DNA of 63,942 nucleotides, counting the filler, from Chrysochromulina tobinii (lineage: Eukaryota), in the NCBI GenBank assembly GCA_001275005.1. It is 9 parts of 9 records of this genome, joined end to end, with 100 filler letters (N's around TTAATTAATTAA, not from the genome) between each part and the next. Parts side by side here need not be neighbours in the genome. Positions count along the whole stretch, not along the records: positions 38,234 to 44,980 come from JWZX01000341.1; positions 45,081 to 57,667 come from JWZX01000342.1; 7 more parts are not named here. One strand, written 5' to 3'. The notes beneath the pieces were generated by a model. It did not search any database. It was given only the letters and a program-made list of their open reading frames with translations, and was not told the origin of the DNA. Position 1 is the stretch's first letter, and the number at the start of each line of letters is the position of its first letter. Positions 43,922 to 55,306 of this stretch are shown in pieces. The position numbers and the translations under genes were made by a program.

Positions 43922-44980
43922 TTACACTACTGCTGGACAGGAGCGCTGACTCGAGGCCTCGCCCCATCCGTCGATGATCGAAATCTCAGTGTCCTCTGGG
44001 TTGGGCGCGGGTGGTTTATTGCCCGGCATGGTATCGAGCATGCGCGTGCGCGTGCGCGTGCGCGTGCGCGTGCGGCCGGGGCCCGTCTTGGAGACCCTCT
44101 CATCCATTAGATCCTTGTGTGATCGCCGATCGTTGGTGGGCTCGCGCATCGAAGTGCGGTCTTCGCGCAAGAGCTTCTTGGACGACGCAAACAAGAGCTT
44201 CTTGGACGACGCAAACAACGCTTGCTGGGTTTGCTGCTCCCGGGCTTGCGCGCCCGCCTCCTCCTCCGCCGACGCCGCCCCATCGCCCTCGTTGAGCTCC
44301 TCGTTGAGCTCCTCGGCGAGGGCCGGATCGTCCTCGATGTCATCGACCAGATACGCGGAGGCGCGCTCAGGCTGCAATGTGAGAAGGTCCTTCGCTGAGG
44401 TGCGCTTGGCCTTTTTCGACAACGCCATGAAGAACTGTTTCGACAACGCCTCGAGGCGATCCTCTGCGGAGCCTCCAACGAGGCTAGACGTTGAAGCGTC
44501 CATGGGCAGCCGCCCCGACCGCATAGACTTGACCTTCGAGAGCGCCCTCACAAGCGACGGCCGAGGGGCGGCCTCGGGCTCAGTGGCAGCGTCCGCAAGC
44601 ACCTGCTGCTCGTCTTGCACGACGGGAGCGTGCGCTTCGATCGACTCGTGCGTCAGACCGACGAGACCCTCCGGCACTACGAAGGCGCCCACCACCTTGC
44701 GCGCCATGAGGAACTGTGTCTGCGCCGCCATGAAGTCCTTGAGCGGCGTGAGGTAGATCGCTTCAACCGAGCCCTCCCCGGAGCCAGCGAGCACTGCCGC
44801 CTTGGCCATGAGCGTCTCGAAGTCTTTTTGTACTCTGTCATCGAGCATCTTGGAGATCGAGACCTCGATGTCGTCGGCGGGCTTGCGCCGCTTCTCCTCT
44901 GGCTTGCCCGCATCCTCATCCGCCTTGGCTGCTGTGGCCTTGGCCTTGATCTTGGCACGTGCGTCTTCGGCCTTTTCGAG
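43922..44980 (-). CDS. Hypothetical protein, 3' part only
   Basis: Frame open from the contig end; charged, helical sequence with no recognisable motif. Confidence 0.5.
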   Translation of the reverse strand, partial: LEKAEDARAKIKAKATAAKADEDAGKPEEKRRKPADDIEVSISKMLDDRVQKDFETLMAKAAVLAGSGEGSVEAIYLTPLKDFMAAQTQFLMARKVVGAFVVPEGLVGLTHESIEAHAPVVQDEQQVLADAATEPEAAPRPSLVRALSKVKSMRSGRLPMDASTSSLVGGSAEDRLEALSKQFFMALSKKAKRTSAKDLLTLQPERASAYLVDDIEDDPALAEELNEELNEGDGAASAEEEAGAQAREQQTQQALFASSKKLLFASSKKLLREDRTSMREPTNDRRSHKDLMDERVSKTGPGRTRTRTRTRTRMLDTMPGNKPPAPNPEDTEISIIDGWGEASSQRSCPAVV

Positions 44981-45080
44981 NNNNNNNNNNNNNNNNNNNN
45001 NNNNNNNNNNNNNNNNNNNNNNNNTTAATTAATTAANNNNNNNNNNNNNNNNNNNNNNNNNNNNNNNNNNNNNNNNNNNN
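44981..45080. other. Artificial contig linker
   Basis: N44-TTAATTAATTAA-N44. Confidence 0.99.
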
Positions 45081-45113
45081 ACCTCGACGACCGTGGTCTC
45101 CCCATGTTCGCAG

Positions 45114-45328
45114 CCAAGATCCAGAATGACCTTCGCATCCTCACCGAGCGGCTGGCGCGCATCAATGACAACCTTGCGCGCAAGGTTTCATCGCGTACAG
45201 AGTACGATAAGACGATCACCGAGACCGAGGCGGCCTACTCCAAGATCATGGAGGCGTCGCAGACGCTGCTGCACGTGCTCAAGCGCGAGAGCGTCAATCT
45301 GACGAAGAAGAAGCAGGCTTCCTCGTGA
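45114..45328 (+). CDS. SSNA1: SSNA1/NA14/DIP13 homolog, last exon of second copy (5'-partial)
   Basis: [54 protein letters not shown], preceded by acceptor TTCGCAG. Confidence 0.85.
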
Positions 45329-46080
45329 GCGCCCCTACCTCGTGTGTGTGCTCGTGAGGCATCATGGCGTCACAGGATTAGAGTACACCGTGTTCGAAGT
45401 GTATTATTGGCCCCGCCGCCGCGGTCCACAGTGTGCGGGGTCTCGTCAGTCGTCTCGGCCTCCGACAGTCGCACCCCCTTTAAAGCGCGGCGCGCCGGGT
45501 CGGCTTCGGCCCCGTGGTGGAATTGGAGAATCAGTAGCGACGTGGGCAATGGTGCTAACCAAAAACGGATATCGTTAATCGTAAAAACCGGGTGTGCGCC
45601 GGCACGACGACAGTTGTTACCGTACTCTCGAGCCGGTCGTGGACTTGCACAACTCGTTTTTACGTACCCGCCTGGGCGCGGGCGGTCGGTCACCTTCGCG
45701 CGTGGACCGTGGTAAGTCGGAAACGCCCGAGGCTAACGGGCGAGACCCGCGACCGGGCGGTGGGGAGTCGGGCCGCTGCAACCCGAGCCGACCGAGCACC
45801 GACACAAAGCTCAAAGGACGTCCACGGTCTATAGTAGTTTGGTACATGCCCCGCCCACCTCCATGCTCAAATCCCGCTGCCAGCGGCGAGTGCCAATGTA
45901 GACCAGTGGTACGGCTGCGAGCATTACAACGGCGAAGGCTCCACCAATGAGCAATTGTCAAAGTCCACGTGCTCCATGTGGTATGAGCCCACATATCAAC
46001 AATGCGAGCGGTGACATCCCCGGCCAGCTCTGCGACTCTTGCAGGACTGAAGATGACGCCCTTGCCTGGTCAGGGGCCGA

Positions 46081-46640
46081 TCACGAGGAAGCCTGCTTCT
46101 TCTTCGTCAGATTGACGCTCTCGCGCTTGAGCACGTGCAGCAGCGTCTGCGACGACTCCATGATCTTTGAGTAGGCCGCCTCGGTCTCGGTGATCGTCTT
46201 ATCGTACTCTGTACGCGATGAAACCTTGCGCGCAAGGTTATCATTGATGCGCGCCAGCCGCTCGGTGAGGATGCGAAGGTCATTCTGGATCTTGGCTGCG
46301 AACATGGGGAGACCACGGTCGTCGAGGTCAGCGAGGCGGAAGATGCCAGTAGGGTTGCGTCAGCGGTGCGCTTTGGGCGATGGCGCACCCTTCTCTTCCT
46401 CGTCAGCAGCAATCGATCGGTTCAGCTCCTCACGCTTCTCCCGAAGCTGCGGCGAACAGCAAGCAAGCCGAGGGCATCGTGAGCAGTCCGAAATGGGAAC
46501 CGAGAGCACGGGCGCCTCCGCACGTGAGCCGAGGCCCTCACTCGCGCGCTGTGCGCGCGGCCGTGTGCAGACGCACGTACCTCCTCAATGCACCCGACCA
46601 AATCGTTGTTGTAGTTTTGCAACGTGGCGCCCTCGGCCAT
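46081..46640 (-). CDS. SSNA1: SSNA1/NA14/DIP13 microtubule-associated protein, 3 exons (46640-46581, 46446-46389, 46295-46081; 110 aa)
   Basis: [32 protein letters not shown]...; two GT-AG introns restore frame. Confidence 0.92.
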
Positions 46641-46904
46641 GGTGCTAGATGCGCGAGAGCTTCGGACTGATCATTCGACACCGACTGCGCGATGGAAATG
46701 AACTTCGTAAACAAACTCGTCTCGGCAAACGCGGTGCTCCAACACCGTACATGTAACTGCGCGTGCGCGTTAATGCTTCCCCGCACGTGATTTACCGAGC
46801 ACCCTGGTACGTGTCCAGTGACCGCGGCCCCGTCCACCACGTATCGCTTCGCGAACGCGTAGGTTGGCAGAAGCAGCTCCTCGAGATCGCCACCAGTTAG
46901 CAGC

Positions 46905-47864
46905 ATGTCGAAGTGGTATGAGGAAGAGCTCGAGCCTGGCCTGCGCGCCCAATACGGGCTCAAGAAGATTTTGCACTCGGGCCAGAGCAAATTCCAGACC
47001 GTCGACATCGTCGACCTGGAGCCCTTTGGCCGTACGCTGCTCGTCGACGGGCTGATCCAGTCGAGCCAGATCGACGAGTACGTGTACCATGAGGCGCTCG
47101 TGCACCCGGCTCTGCTCTCGCACCCGTGCCCCAAGTCTGTGTTCATCGGTGGCGGCGGCGAAGGCAGCACGGCCCGTGAGGTGCTGCGGCATGCGACGGT
47201 GGAGCGATGCTTGATGGTGGACATTGACGAGGACGTCGTCAAGTTTTGCCGCGAAAACCTGCCCGAGAACGCGGCGGCCTGGACCGACCCACGATTCGAG
47301 CTCGTCATCGCCGACGCGAAGGCGACACTCGAGAACTCGCCCACGAACTTCGACGTGATCATCATGGACCTCGACGACCCTCTGGAGGGCGGCCCTTGCT
47401 ACCAGTTGTATTCGGTCGAGTTCTACCAGACGGTGAAGCGCAAGCTCAACCCGGGTGGCATCTTCATAACGCAGTCGGGGCAGGCGGGAATCACGCGCCA
47501 CCACCTCGTGTGGTCGCCTGTCTACTCGACCCTCAAGCAGGTCTTCCCTGCTGTCAAGGCATACACCCAAGCGGTGTACTCCTTCCTTGATGAGTGGGGA
47601 TGGAACATTGCCTCGACCGACGAGAGCATCAGCCCGCTGCTCCTCAGCCCCGAAGAGGTCGACAAGCGCATCGCCGCGCGCATCAAGGGCGAGATGAAGT
47701 TTCTGGATGGCGAGTCGTACACCGGCCTCTACTGCCTCTCGAAGAAGCACCGGCAGACACTCGCTGCGGAGACGGCCGTCCTCTCGATTGAGAAGGGCAC
47801 CTTCGCCGTGATGCACTCGCAGGGGCTCTGCGTCGCGGAGGCGGGCTCGGCGGAGGTGTCCTGA
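46905..47864 (+). CDS. ACL5: Polyamine aminopropyltransferase, thermospermine synthase (ACL5)-like
   Basis: DEYVYHEALVHP, FIGGGGEGSTAREVLRH (GEG rather than the GDG of spermidine synthase), DLDDPLEGGPCYQLY. Confidence 0.85.
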   Translation: MSKWYEEELEPGLRAQYGLKKILHSGQSKFQTVDIVDLEPFGRTLLVDGLIQSSQIDEYVYHEALVHPALLSHPCPKSVFIGGGGEGSTAREVLRHATVERCLMVDIDEDVVKFCRENLPENAAAWTDPRFELVIADAKATLENSPTNFDVIIMDLDDPLEGGPCYQLYSVEFYQTVKRKLNPGGIFITQSGQAGITRHHLVWSPVYSTLKQVFPAVKAYTQAVYSFLDEWGWNIASTDESISPLLLSPEEVDKRIAARIKGEMKFLDGESYTGLYCLSKKHRQTLAAETAVLSIEKGTFAVMHSQGLCVAEAGSAEVS

Positions 47865-49282
47865 GCGAGTCCCGGTAGATCGTGCCCAAGCCGCGGCTGC
47901 TAGCGACGTAACGGCTGCTAGCGACGTCACTCGGTGGCTCTCAACGGAGAGGATCGGCGTCCACATGGAGAGGGTGGACACACACCGGGCGGCGACTGGT
48001 CGGGGCCACATGGAGAGGGCGACTGGTAAGGGGTACGGTTGTCGGGCCTATTGCCCACCCCCCCGCTCTGGCAACGGCCCTCGGCGGCTTCGGTGGCAAC
48101 GCATGGGTGGCTGTCTGGGTGGACCAACAGGGTGGCTTGGACGGGGGCCGAGTCGAGCGGTGGAGGGCCCCTTCTCGACGGCGTATCAACCTTCCTCGGT
48201 GACGGCGGTCTTGGACAGCGGGACCTGGAGCCGCTAGGAAGCCGCGGTCTCTGGTTCCTGTGTTCTTCTGTATTGCCCTCGGGGTCCGGCGCGGGCGTCA
48301 TGGCGGGCGTGTGGCGCGGGGTACTGTGTACCCATGCCGTTATGGTGGCGCGCCGGACGTTCCACGGTGGCGGTTCGGTCGGCGCGCTTGCCGTCGATGG
48401 ACGGCGGTCGCGTGGGCGCGGTCCAGTCTGGTGCGCCCCTCGAGGCACTCGGTCGTGCTACCCGTTCTACGCACGTACGGGCAACGGGGTGCGCGCGCGG
48501 TCGGCGCAAGGACCGGCGTGAGGACCGGCGGTACCCGGCGGCCACCCGCCGTACGGCCCATGCTGATGCTCCATTGTCCATGGGCCTGCGCCCCTCTACC
48601 GATTTTTTATAGGCCCATCACAGAGAACAAACTCAAACGGCTCCGCTCGTGTGCAGCACGCTGCACGGGACCTACTGCCACTTTCCGGTGCCCCCCGCGC
48701 GATCAAACTCTCGTCCATTCGCCGTCCATCGCGCGGTAAGGGCGCCATGGTGGGAGCGTGCGCTCTGCTCACGTCTGACGTGCGCGCGCGCCAACTTGCT
48801 ACTACAGCCGCGCACCGCGCGTCCCAAGACAAGCACGGTCCCGTGCGCTTCCCCATGCTCTGAAGCCTGCGATTGGCTTGCTCGCCCACCCATCGCGTCG
48901 CCGCCGCTCTCCGCGGCCAGCGGCGCCCACCGCAGCGCCCACACTCCAACCGTGCATTGATTCGAGATGCCACGCCTCTCTCACGCCCCCGAGGATCGAC
49001 CCAAATAAGGATCGACCCAACGTAATGGATTGAGGCACGGGAACGTTCGTCGAGTGGGCCATGGACCTCTCGCATATCCATCGCAAGTCCATGGGAGCCG
49101 TTACGAATGCAAGTGGTCCATGGGAGCCGTTGGAGCCGCGAGCACACTTCCCACGAGCACCGCCAACCGCCTTCTGCCCGGCATGGCGCGCGCGCGCGCC
49201 GCGGGCGGCTTGCTGGGGTCGACAATCCGAGATCATCCTCGAGATCACCCCCGAGATCTCACCTCGAGATCTCACCTCGAGA

Positions 49283-51215
49283 TCACACCCATGGCTGAGG
49301 AGGGACGCCGTAGTCGTTCCGCTCGTGCAGCTCGAGCTGAGCGTGCAAGTGCGCGAGCGTCGCCTTCGTCTGGTCACGTGCGGAGGCCTCGAGCCTGCCA
49401 CCCATGGCTGCCTGCACGCGCGTGCGGAAGGATCGCTCGGCGGCCTCGGTGGCGAGCTGATCGGCGAGCAGCTCCCTCTGTGTCGTCTCGAAGTGCTCGA
49501 GGGCCGCCTGCCGTGTGCGCCGACCGTGCAGCAGCTTGCGTCGCACCTCCTCGGACGTGGCCGCCGCGAGCAGCAGCCTCTCTTTCTCAAGGGTGAGGGC
49601 GTGCGCGTACAGGGCGCGGTACCCGAGCTCCTCCTTCGAGCTGCGACGGGCGTCACGCGCGGCTTGCTGCCGGCTCGTCTCGACACCCATCCGCTGGGCG
49701 CGCAGCGCCTCGATCTTCATGTCGCGCCGTGCGTTGCGGTCGGCCGCCATGCCGCGCTGCACCTCGAGCGCCTCTGCCCGGCGCACCCCCGCGATCGAGT
49801 GCTTGACCAGGGCCGTGTATGCCGAGGCAGCGCGCGCCCCAAACTCGTCGCCGGTGAGCGTGCGAGCGAGCCGCGCCGCCGCCTCCGCGTCCGGCTCGCG
49901 CGCACGGATGCGCGCCTGCAGCGCCGCAATCTCGGACTGAATCTCGGACGCGAGACGCGAGCTGGCGGCCTTGCCCGCCGGCGCTGAGAGTGGTCGCCGA
50001 GTCTGCTGGGCGACGGCATGCGAGATGGCGTGTAGATGCATGCATGCGGTCGGCGCCTTGGTGCGAGTCACCACGCGCCCGCGCCCGCCGCCGCGCGGCG
50101 TGCGCTTACGCGCCGCTGCGCCCGCGCTCGCCGCCTCCGCCGCCGCCGCCGCCACCGCATCGACGCACGCGGCGGCGCACGCGGCGTACGCGCCGCCGTC
50201 GGTGCGGCGTCCACTCGCGGCACCGCCGGCCATCACGGGCGGCGGCGGCGGCGGCGGCGGCAGGACGCCAGCCATGGCCGGTGCGGCGGGTAGAGCGGAG
50301 CCCTCGTCCATCTCCTCCGCGTCCTCATCCGCCTCTCCCGTAGGTTCGGGCGCTTCCCCATGGAGCACGCCGTCCGTCGGTATGGCGCCGCCCTGGGCCG
50401 AGGCCGGGCGCGCCGCATAGCTGTGGATCTGATTCGACTGCGGCACCGCCGATGCGGGCCGTGCGGGCGGCTTGCCTGCAGACGCGACCCCAAGACAGAC
50501 GGCGCACCAAGGCGTGTGAGGAAGAGGCGTGAAAGGCAGAGAGGAAGGGCGGCGGCAGCGGCAACGGCGGCGGGTCGCAGGTGGCGCGGGCACAAAGGCG
50601 AAGGGGGGCACGGATGCGCAGCGCGAGCAGAGGCGGTGGAGGGCAGCAGCGGCGGTGACGCACGTCCTGCCGCGACGGCCATGGCCGAGGAGCTGCCCCC
50701 ACGGTTGTCCTGGCTGAGCAACGCATCACAGAGAACCTCGAAGATACCCGCAAAGTCGTGCAGCGACTGCAAGTCGCCCTCAGCGAGGGCCTGCGCGCTC
50801 AGGCCTTTGGTCTCGGCCACGGACGCGACATGCTCGTCTGCCTTGATGGCCTCGAGCACGATGCTGAAGTTGCTCGCATGTTCCTCGGCCGAGGATGGTG
50901 AGGTCACGATGCCCGGGAGCTGCACAAAGGAACGAGGGCGTAAGCGAGTGTGGCCATGCCCGTGGTGCGCGCGCGGACACGTTGGCAGGCGCACGCGCAT
51001 GCATGAGCACGCGCGTGAGCACGCGCGTGAGGCACACGTTCCATCCACCAGGACGTGTGGCGCACCTTGCCGACCAGCTTCTTGTACATGAGTACGAAGA
51101 GCGTGCTGTCGCAGTCGCGAATGCTCCACACCGTGTCATTGAGCCCGGCGAGCACGAGCGCAGTGTTCACACGGTCGAGCACCGCCTGCTTGGCCTGCCG
51201 TCTATCCTCAGCCAT
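49283..51215 (-). CDS. CEP95/DUF5745-like centrosomal protein, multi-exon (first intron 51065-50920; later junctions unresolved)
   Basis: CH-like N-terminus SIRDCDSTLFVLMYKKLVGK-LPGIV...; C-terminal coiled coil EELGYRALYAHALTLEKERL...LEHFETTQRELLADQL resembles CEP95. Confidence 0.55.
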
Positions 51216-51611
51216 TATCGGGTCGGTCGGTAGGGCTCCACCCGTCGCGGTCCGAACCAAGAACAAGCAGTTCTCGACTTCACAGCTCCGTAGTTGTAAC
51301 TTGTAAAAAGACACCGGGGGGAGCCGGGACACACACGAGACACACGGAACACGCGGACGCACAAAGGCACACAGACCACACAGACGAACCTCACAACCAT
51401 CGAAACCCAAGTTGTAACTTGTAAGGAACTTAAGCGGTGGTGCACGTCCACATGCACACGGTACCCTTAAGAGCTAGGTGCTTCACATATGTTACATAGA
51501 AGACACCTGTCGAACCTCTTCTACATCTAAGACTCGTAGCGCCTGTGTGCGGGGTGGGCCCGACATAAGGCCAACAAAGAGAGCTCCCAAACCGTAACTC
51601 AGTCGCTCTCT

Positions 51612-52586
51612 TCAGTGGTTCATCTTCTGGCGCTTCTTCAGGCGCATGCCCAGGACCTGTGCGTCACGCTCGGCGGGCTCGGTGCTGCCTTCGGGCCGTT
51701 CACGCTTGGGCTCCTTGAGTCCCTTCATCCTGGCGGTGGCCATCTTGGACAGGTCCTGTCGCGGCAGGCGCAGCTGGCCCTGCTTGCCGAGGAGCTTGGA
51801 GCGCGTCACGTTCTTGATCTTCTTGGGCGCCTGCGCAGAGACCTTCGGGCGCGTCATCGCCGCCGCCATCAGCTCATCGGACGCGTAGTGCGTGCGCCGG
51901 ATGCTCAGGTCCAACGAGGGTCCCATCTCGACGAGGCTCACATGAGGGCTGGTCCCCTCGGCGCTCTTGAGGAGGCGCGCGAGGTAGTGGCGGAGCAGCA
52001 CTTTGCCGCCCACCGCGGTGAAGCACAGGAAGTGGTCGATCCCGAGCGGCGAGATTGACTCGATCACCTCGAGGTTGAAAAAGTCGACGAGCAGACCGCG
52101 CAGGTGCTGCAGCTCGGCCGTGTGTGACCAGTCGGCGCCCGAGAAGAGGAGGCACGGCTTGGCACCGCTCGTTGAGCCGCCACCCGCGCCTGGAAAGCTC
52201 CCCATCGGCTCGTACGCGCTGATGCCCAGCTCGACCATGTCGAGCACGTGGTGGTCGAACATGCGCCCGAGCACCAGGTTGTTTGGGCGTTTCTTGGAGT
52301 GCGTGCCGAAGGCGAAGAGGCTCGCGTCATTCTTCTGGCAGAGAAACTCGAGCGGCGCCGCGTCCTCGAATGGGTGCACCGCGTTGTGCCGTTTGAAGTG
52401 AACCGAGTGCGGCTTCTTGAGCATGTACAGGTCGGTCAGCGCCGCGTTCACGAGCGCCGAGGTTTTCTGGCCGCGTGCGATGAGTGTGTTACGCGCGTTC
52501 TCGATGAGCTTCGGCTCGCGCTTCTGCAGCACGCGCCGGCCACGAGCGGTCTTGGCCGCCTTGACGGCCGCCGACTGAACCGGCAT
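51612..52586 (-). CDS. RPF2: Ribosome production factor 2 (Brix domain)
   Basis: REPKLIEN, HPFED, LEFLCQKNDASLFAFGTHSKKRPNNLVLGRMFD, LVEMGPSLDL. Confidence 0.95.
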   Translation of the reverse strand: MPVQSAAVKAAKTARGRRVLQKREPKLIENARNTLIARGQKTSALVNAALTDLYMLKKPHSVHFKRHNAVHPFEDAAPLEFLCQKNDASLFAFGTHSKKRPNNLVLGRMFDHHVLDMVELGISAYEPMGSFPGAGGGSTSGAKPCLLFSGADWSHTAELQHLRGLLVDFFNLEVIESISPLGIDHFLCFTAVGGKVLLRHYLARLLKSAEGTSPHVSLVEMGPSLDLSIRRTHYASDELMAAAMTRPKVSAQAPKKIKNVTRSKLLGKQGQLRLPRQDLSKMATARMKGLKEPKRERPEGSTEPAERDAQVLGMRLKKRQKMNH

Positions 52587-53769
52587 TGACGACTTCAAGA
52601 GGCGAGAGGGACGACGTCGACGACATTTCGATTCACACAACTTTCACAGCGCGTCGACAGCTTGCGGATGCTCCTTTTTCAGTTTAGACAGGAACCAGTC
52701 CTGGCCGCACAGTGAGCGCTTGAAGCGGCGGCTGAGCGCTATGGACTCGATTGCGCTCAAAAGTGCCGCCGGCCGATCAAGCCCGAAACCCTTGCGCCTT
52801 GGCCCGAAAGCCGAAGTCATAAGAATCAGGAAATTGCAGGCAGCTTAAAAACCACAACAGGGCTGAGAGATAGCTGTGCGAGCCTGACTCCGCCGTCGAG
52901 CAGCGGAATGGCGCCCTTGTACACGAGCAGGTTCGTCGGCACGGCGGCGATCGGCACAGCGCGAGGCCGAGGGCGAGCAGCAGCGCGGCGGTGGCTCCGC
53001 GGTCGGGCATGCTTGCATTCAAATGACTACGGACAACAGATGTTGACGCAGTTGTTTGAGAATCTGAAAAATCTTGGGGGATCTTTGCTTCTATGTGGCG
53101 CGGTCGCGGGCACAATGTCAAGTCCCGCCGTGTATCTTGGCATCACGATGCTGGCGTTTGGCGCGTTGAACTTTGCCATCGGCATTTCGATGCTCGGAGA
53201 GCGCGGCGCACGCAACCGGGTACGCTGCGCAACCTGAATTCATTACCTCCGCCGCTGCTGATCGGTGATCCTCCGCGCAAAATTGCAGGCGCAGCTCGCC
53301 GAATTTCTCGCTGCTGATAGGAAGGCATCCACGCAAGAGAAGGCGTGATTTTGCCAACGAGCCAGCATCAGAGTATAGCATAGGGCATAGGGTATAGTTG
53401 TGGCATCTGCACACGGCACGGTCAAAGAACAAGTCTTTTCAGAAAGTGCCATCGCCGGGGGTCCGTTATTGAGCGCGGGCGCGGTTGCGCGTGTGGCCAC
53501 ACACCCAGGGTGTGTGCTTCGAGGGCAGTGAGTTAGCGCAGCCTACAACTCAAGATCCCTTTCATCATTGGCGCTGTTGATACACGTACTGCGGATTACA
53601 CAAGAGCAAAACCTCGTAAAAACTAGCCACGCACGCACGCGCGAGCGACGTCGTTGCGCGCGATCGGGTAGCTGATAAAGGCTCTGAGCTCTTGGTGCAA
53701 GAAGCACGTTACGTTCGTGAGCGCTCACTGTACTGTAGGTAGGTGAAGCAGAGTGACTCCGCCATTGCT

Positions 53770-53858
53770 GCAGTCTCGACGCGCGGTGCTCGGGCGGTGC
53801 CCCAGGCAAGACAAAGTCGCCATTGGGGGCAGCGCCGTCATGGTGCGCGCGTGACTGC
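53770..53858 (-). promoter_or_regulatory. Eukaryotic SECIS element (type II)
   Basis: Helix I ACGCGCG/CGCGCGU plus GCAGUC/GACUGC; core AUGAC...CGAG; helix II GGCG-C-UGCCCC/GGGGCA-C-CGCC; unpaired AA; apical GGC-GAC-UUU-GUC-UU-GCC. Lies ~340 nt 3' of the ArsM stop. Confidence 0.85.
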
Positions 53859-54197
53859 GGAGGAGGTGGAGACGAGGCCGGCTCGCCTAACGGCTCCCTC
53901 TCACTCTCTGCGACGGGTAGCTCTTGGTCATTCAGGTAGGAAGGTCTAGCAGTCACCAATTCTCTTGGGTGAGATCGGGTGAGATCGGTTGAGATAGGTC
54001 GAGATCGGTCGAGAGACGCTGCCGAGCGACGCGCCCTACCCGCGCCGCGACGAAAGAGCGACCTCGCGAGGCCCTAATATGGTAGTGGCCTCGTGAGGAG
54101 CCGCCCTCCCTAAAATGGTAGAGCCGCCCTCCAGTCGCCGCCGGGCAGTACACGGAGGTGCGCCTTGGCATCAGCCCTTGGCGCCCTCGGCAGTCGC

Positions 54198-55118
54198 TTA
54201 ACATCAGCTCTTGGCGCCCTTGGCAGTCGCCATCGCGACGGGTGCGGCGATGCCTCCAGGGGGACCAGCGGCCGTCGCGGGCTTGCGAGCGGTCACGTTG
54301 GCCGAGACTACGTACTTCTCGGCCTCTGAGCCCGGGAGCCAATCCTTGATGAACTCGGCCGACTCGGGCTTCATCACGACGCTCACATCGATGAATCCGG
54401 CATCGCGCAGCAACCCCTCGATTTCAGTGGGAAGCGGCGCGCCCGCGACTCAGCAGGCGAGGGCCTGCTCGTCCTTGAGGCGCTGCGGCAGCTCCTGCGT
54501 ACGCACTACGTCCGAGACGGCCACGCGCCCGCCCGGCTTGAGCACCCGGAACGCCTCGCGGCAAACGGCCGCCTTATCGGGCGACAAGTTGATGACGCAG
54601 TTGGAGATCACCACGTCGGCCGTCGCGTCGGGCAGTGGCAGGTGCTCGATTTCGCCGAGCAGGAAGTTGGTGTTGGCCACGCCGAGGCGCCGTGCCGCCT
54701 CACGCGCCTTTTTGAGCATCGCCGGCACCATGTCTACCCCAAAGGCCTTGCCGGTCGGCCCAACAGCCTTGGAGGCGAGCAAGCAGTCGATGCCCGCACC
54801 GCAGCCCAGGTCGACGACGATCTCGCCCTCACGCAAGGCAGCGAGCGAGACCGGGTTTCCGCAGCCCAGGCCGAGGTCGGCACCCGATGCCTCGCCGAGC
54901 TGCCGATCCGAGGCGGAGTAGCCCATCGCCCCGCCCTTGTCCTTGACTGCGGTGACGCAGCACGATTGCGTGCCCTCCGCGACGCCCTCGTAGGCGCGGT
55001 AGACGGCCTCGCGATCCATCACATAGACAGCCTCGCGCTTGCGACGGGCGAGAAAGTAATAGCCGATCGCCGCGCCGGCGAAGCCCGCCGCCACGGCCGC
55101 CACGTACCGCGACGCCAT
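54198..55118 (-). CDS. arsM: Arsenite S-adenosylmethionine methyltransferase, selenoprotein (UGA at 54452-54450; probable second UGA at 54206-54204)
   Basis: [42 protein letters not shown] continues in frame to LRDAGF...[12 protein letters not shown] and ends KS-TGA-TGT-TAA. SECIS lies downstream. Confidence 0.9.
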
Positions 55119-55306
55119 GGGGCCTCCTGCGCCGTGATCGGAACAACGCGAGCTTGAAGGATAGTGTGGGTAGTCGGAAGTGGGATGTGTTTCGGTGACC
55201 CTAATCGCGAGAACGTTGGGGCTATCTTTCCCGCGCTCTGTAAAGACAAAGTCCGACTGCGAGCGCGCCCGGCCTGCTCGCTGCCTTGCGTCCCGCCGGG
55301 GCCGCC

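Noticed and set aside
52908..53237. Small hydrophobic ORF
   Set aside because: Could be a small membrane protein, but start and family are unsupported.
53543..53959. 138-aa minus-strand ORF
   Set aside because: No ATG start or motif; it overlaps the SECIS and is most likely the ArsM 3'UTR.
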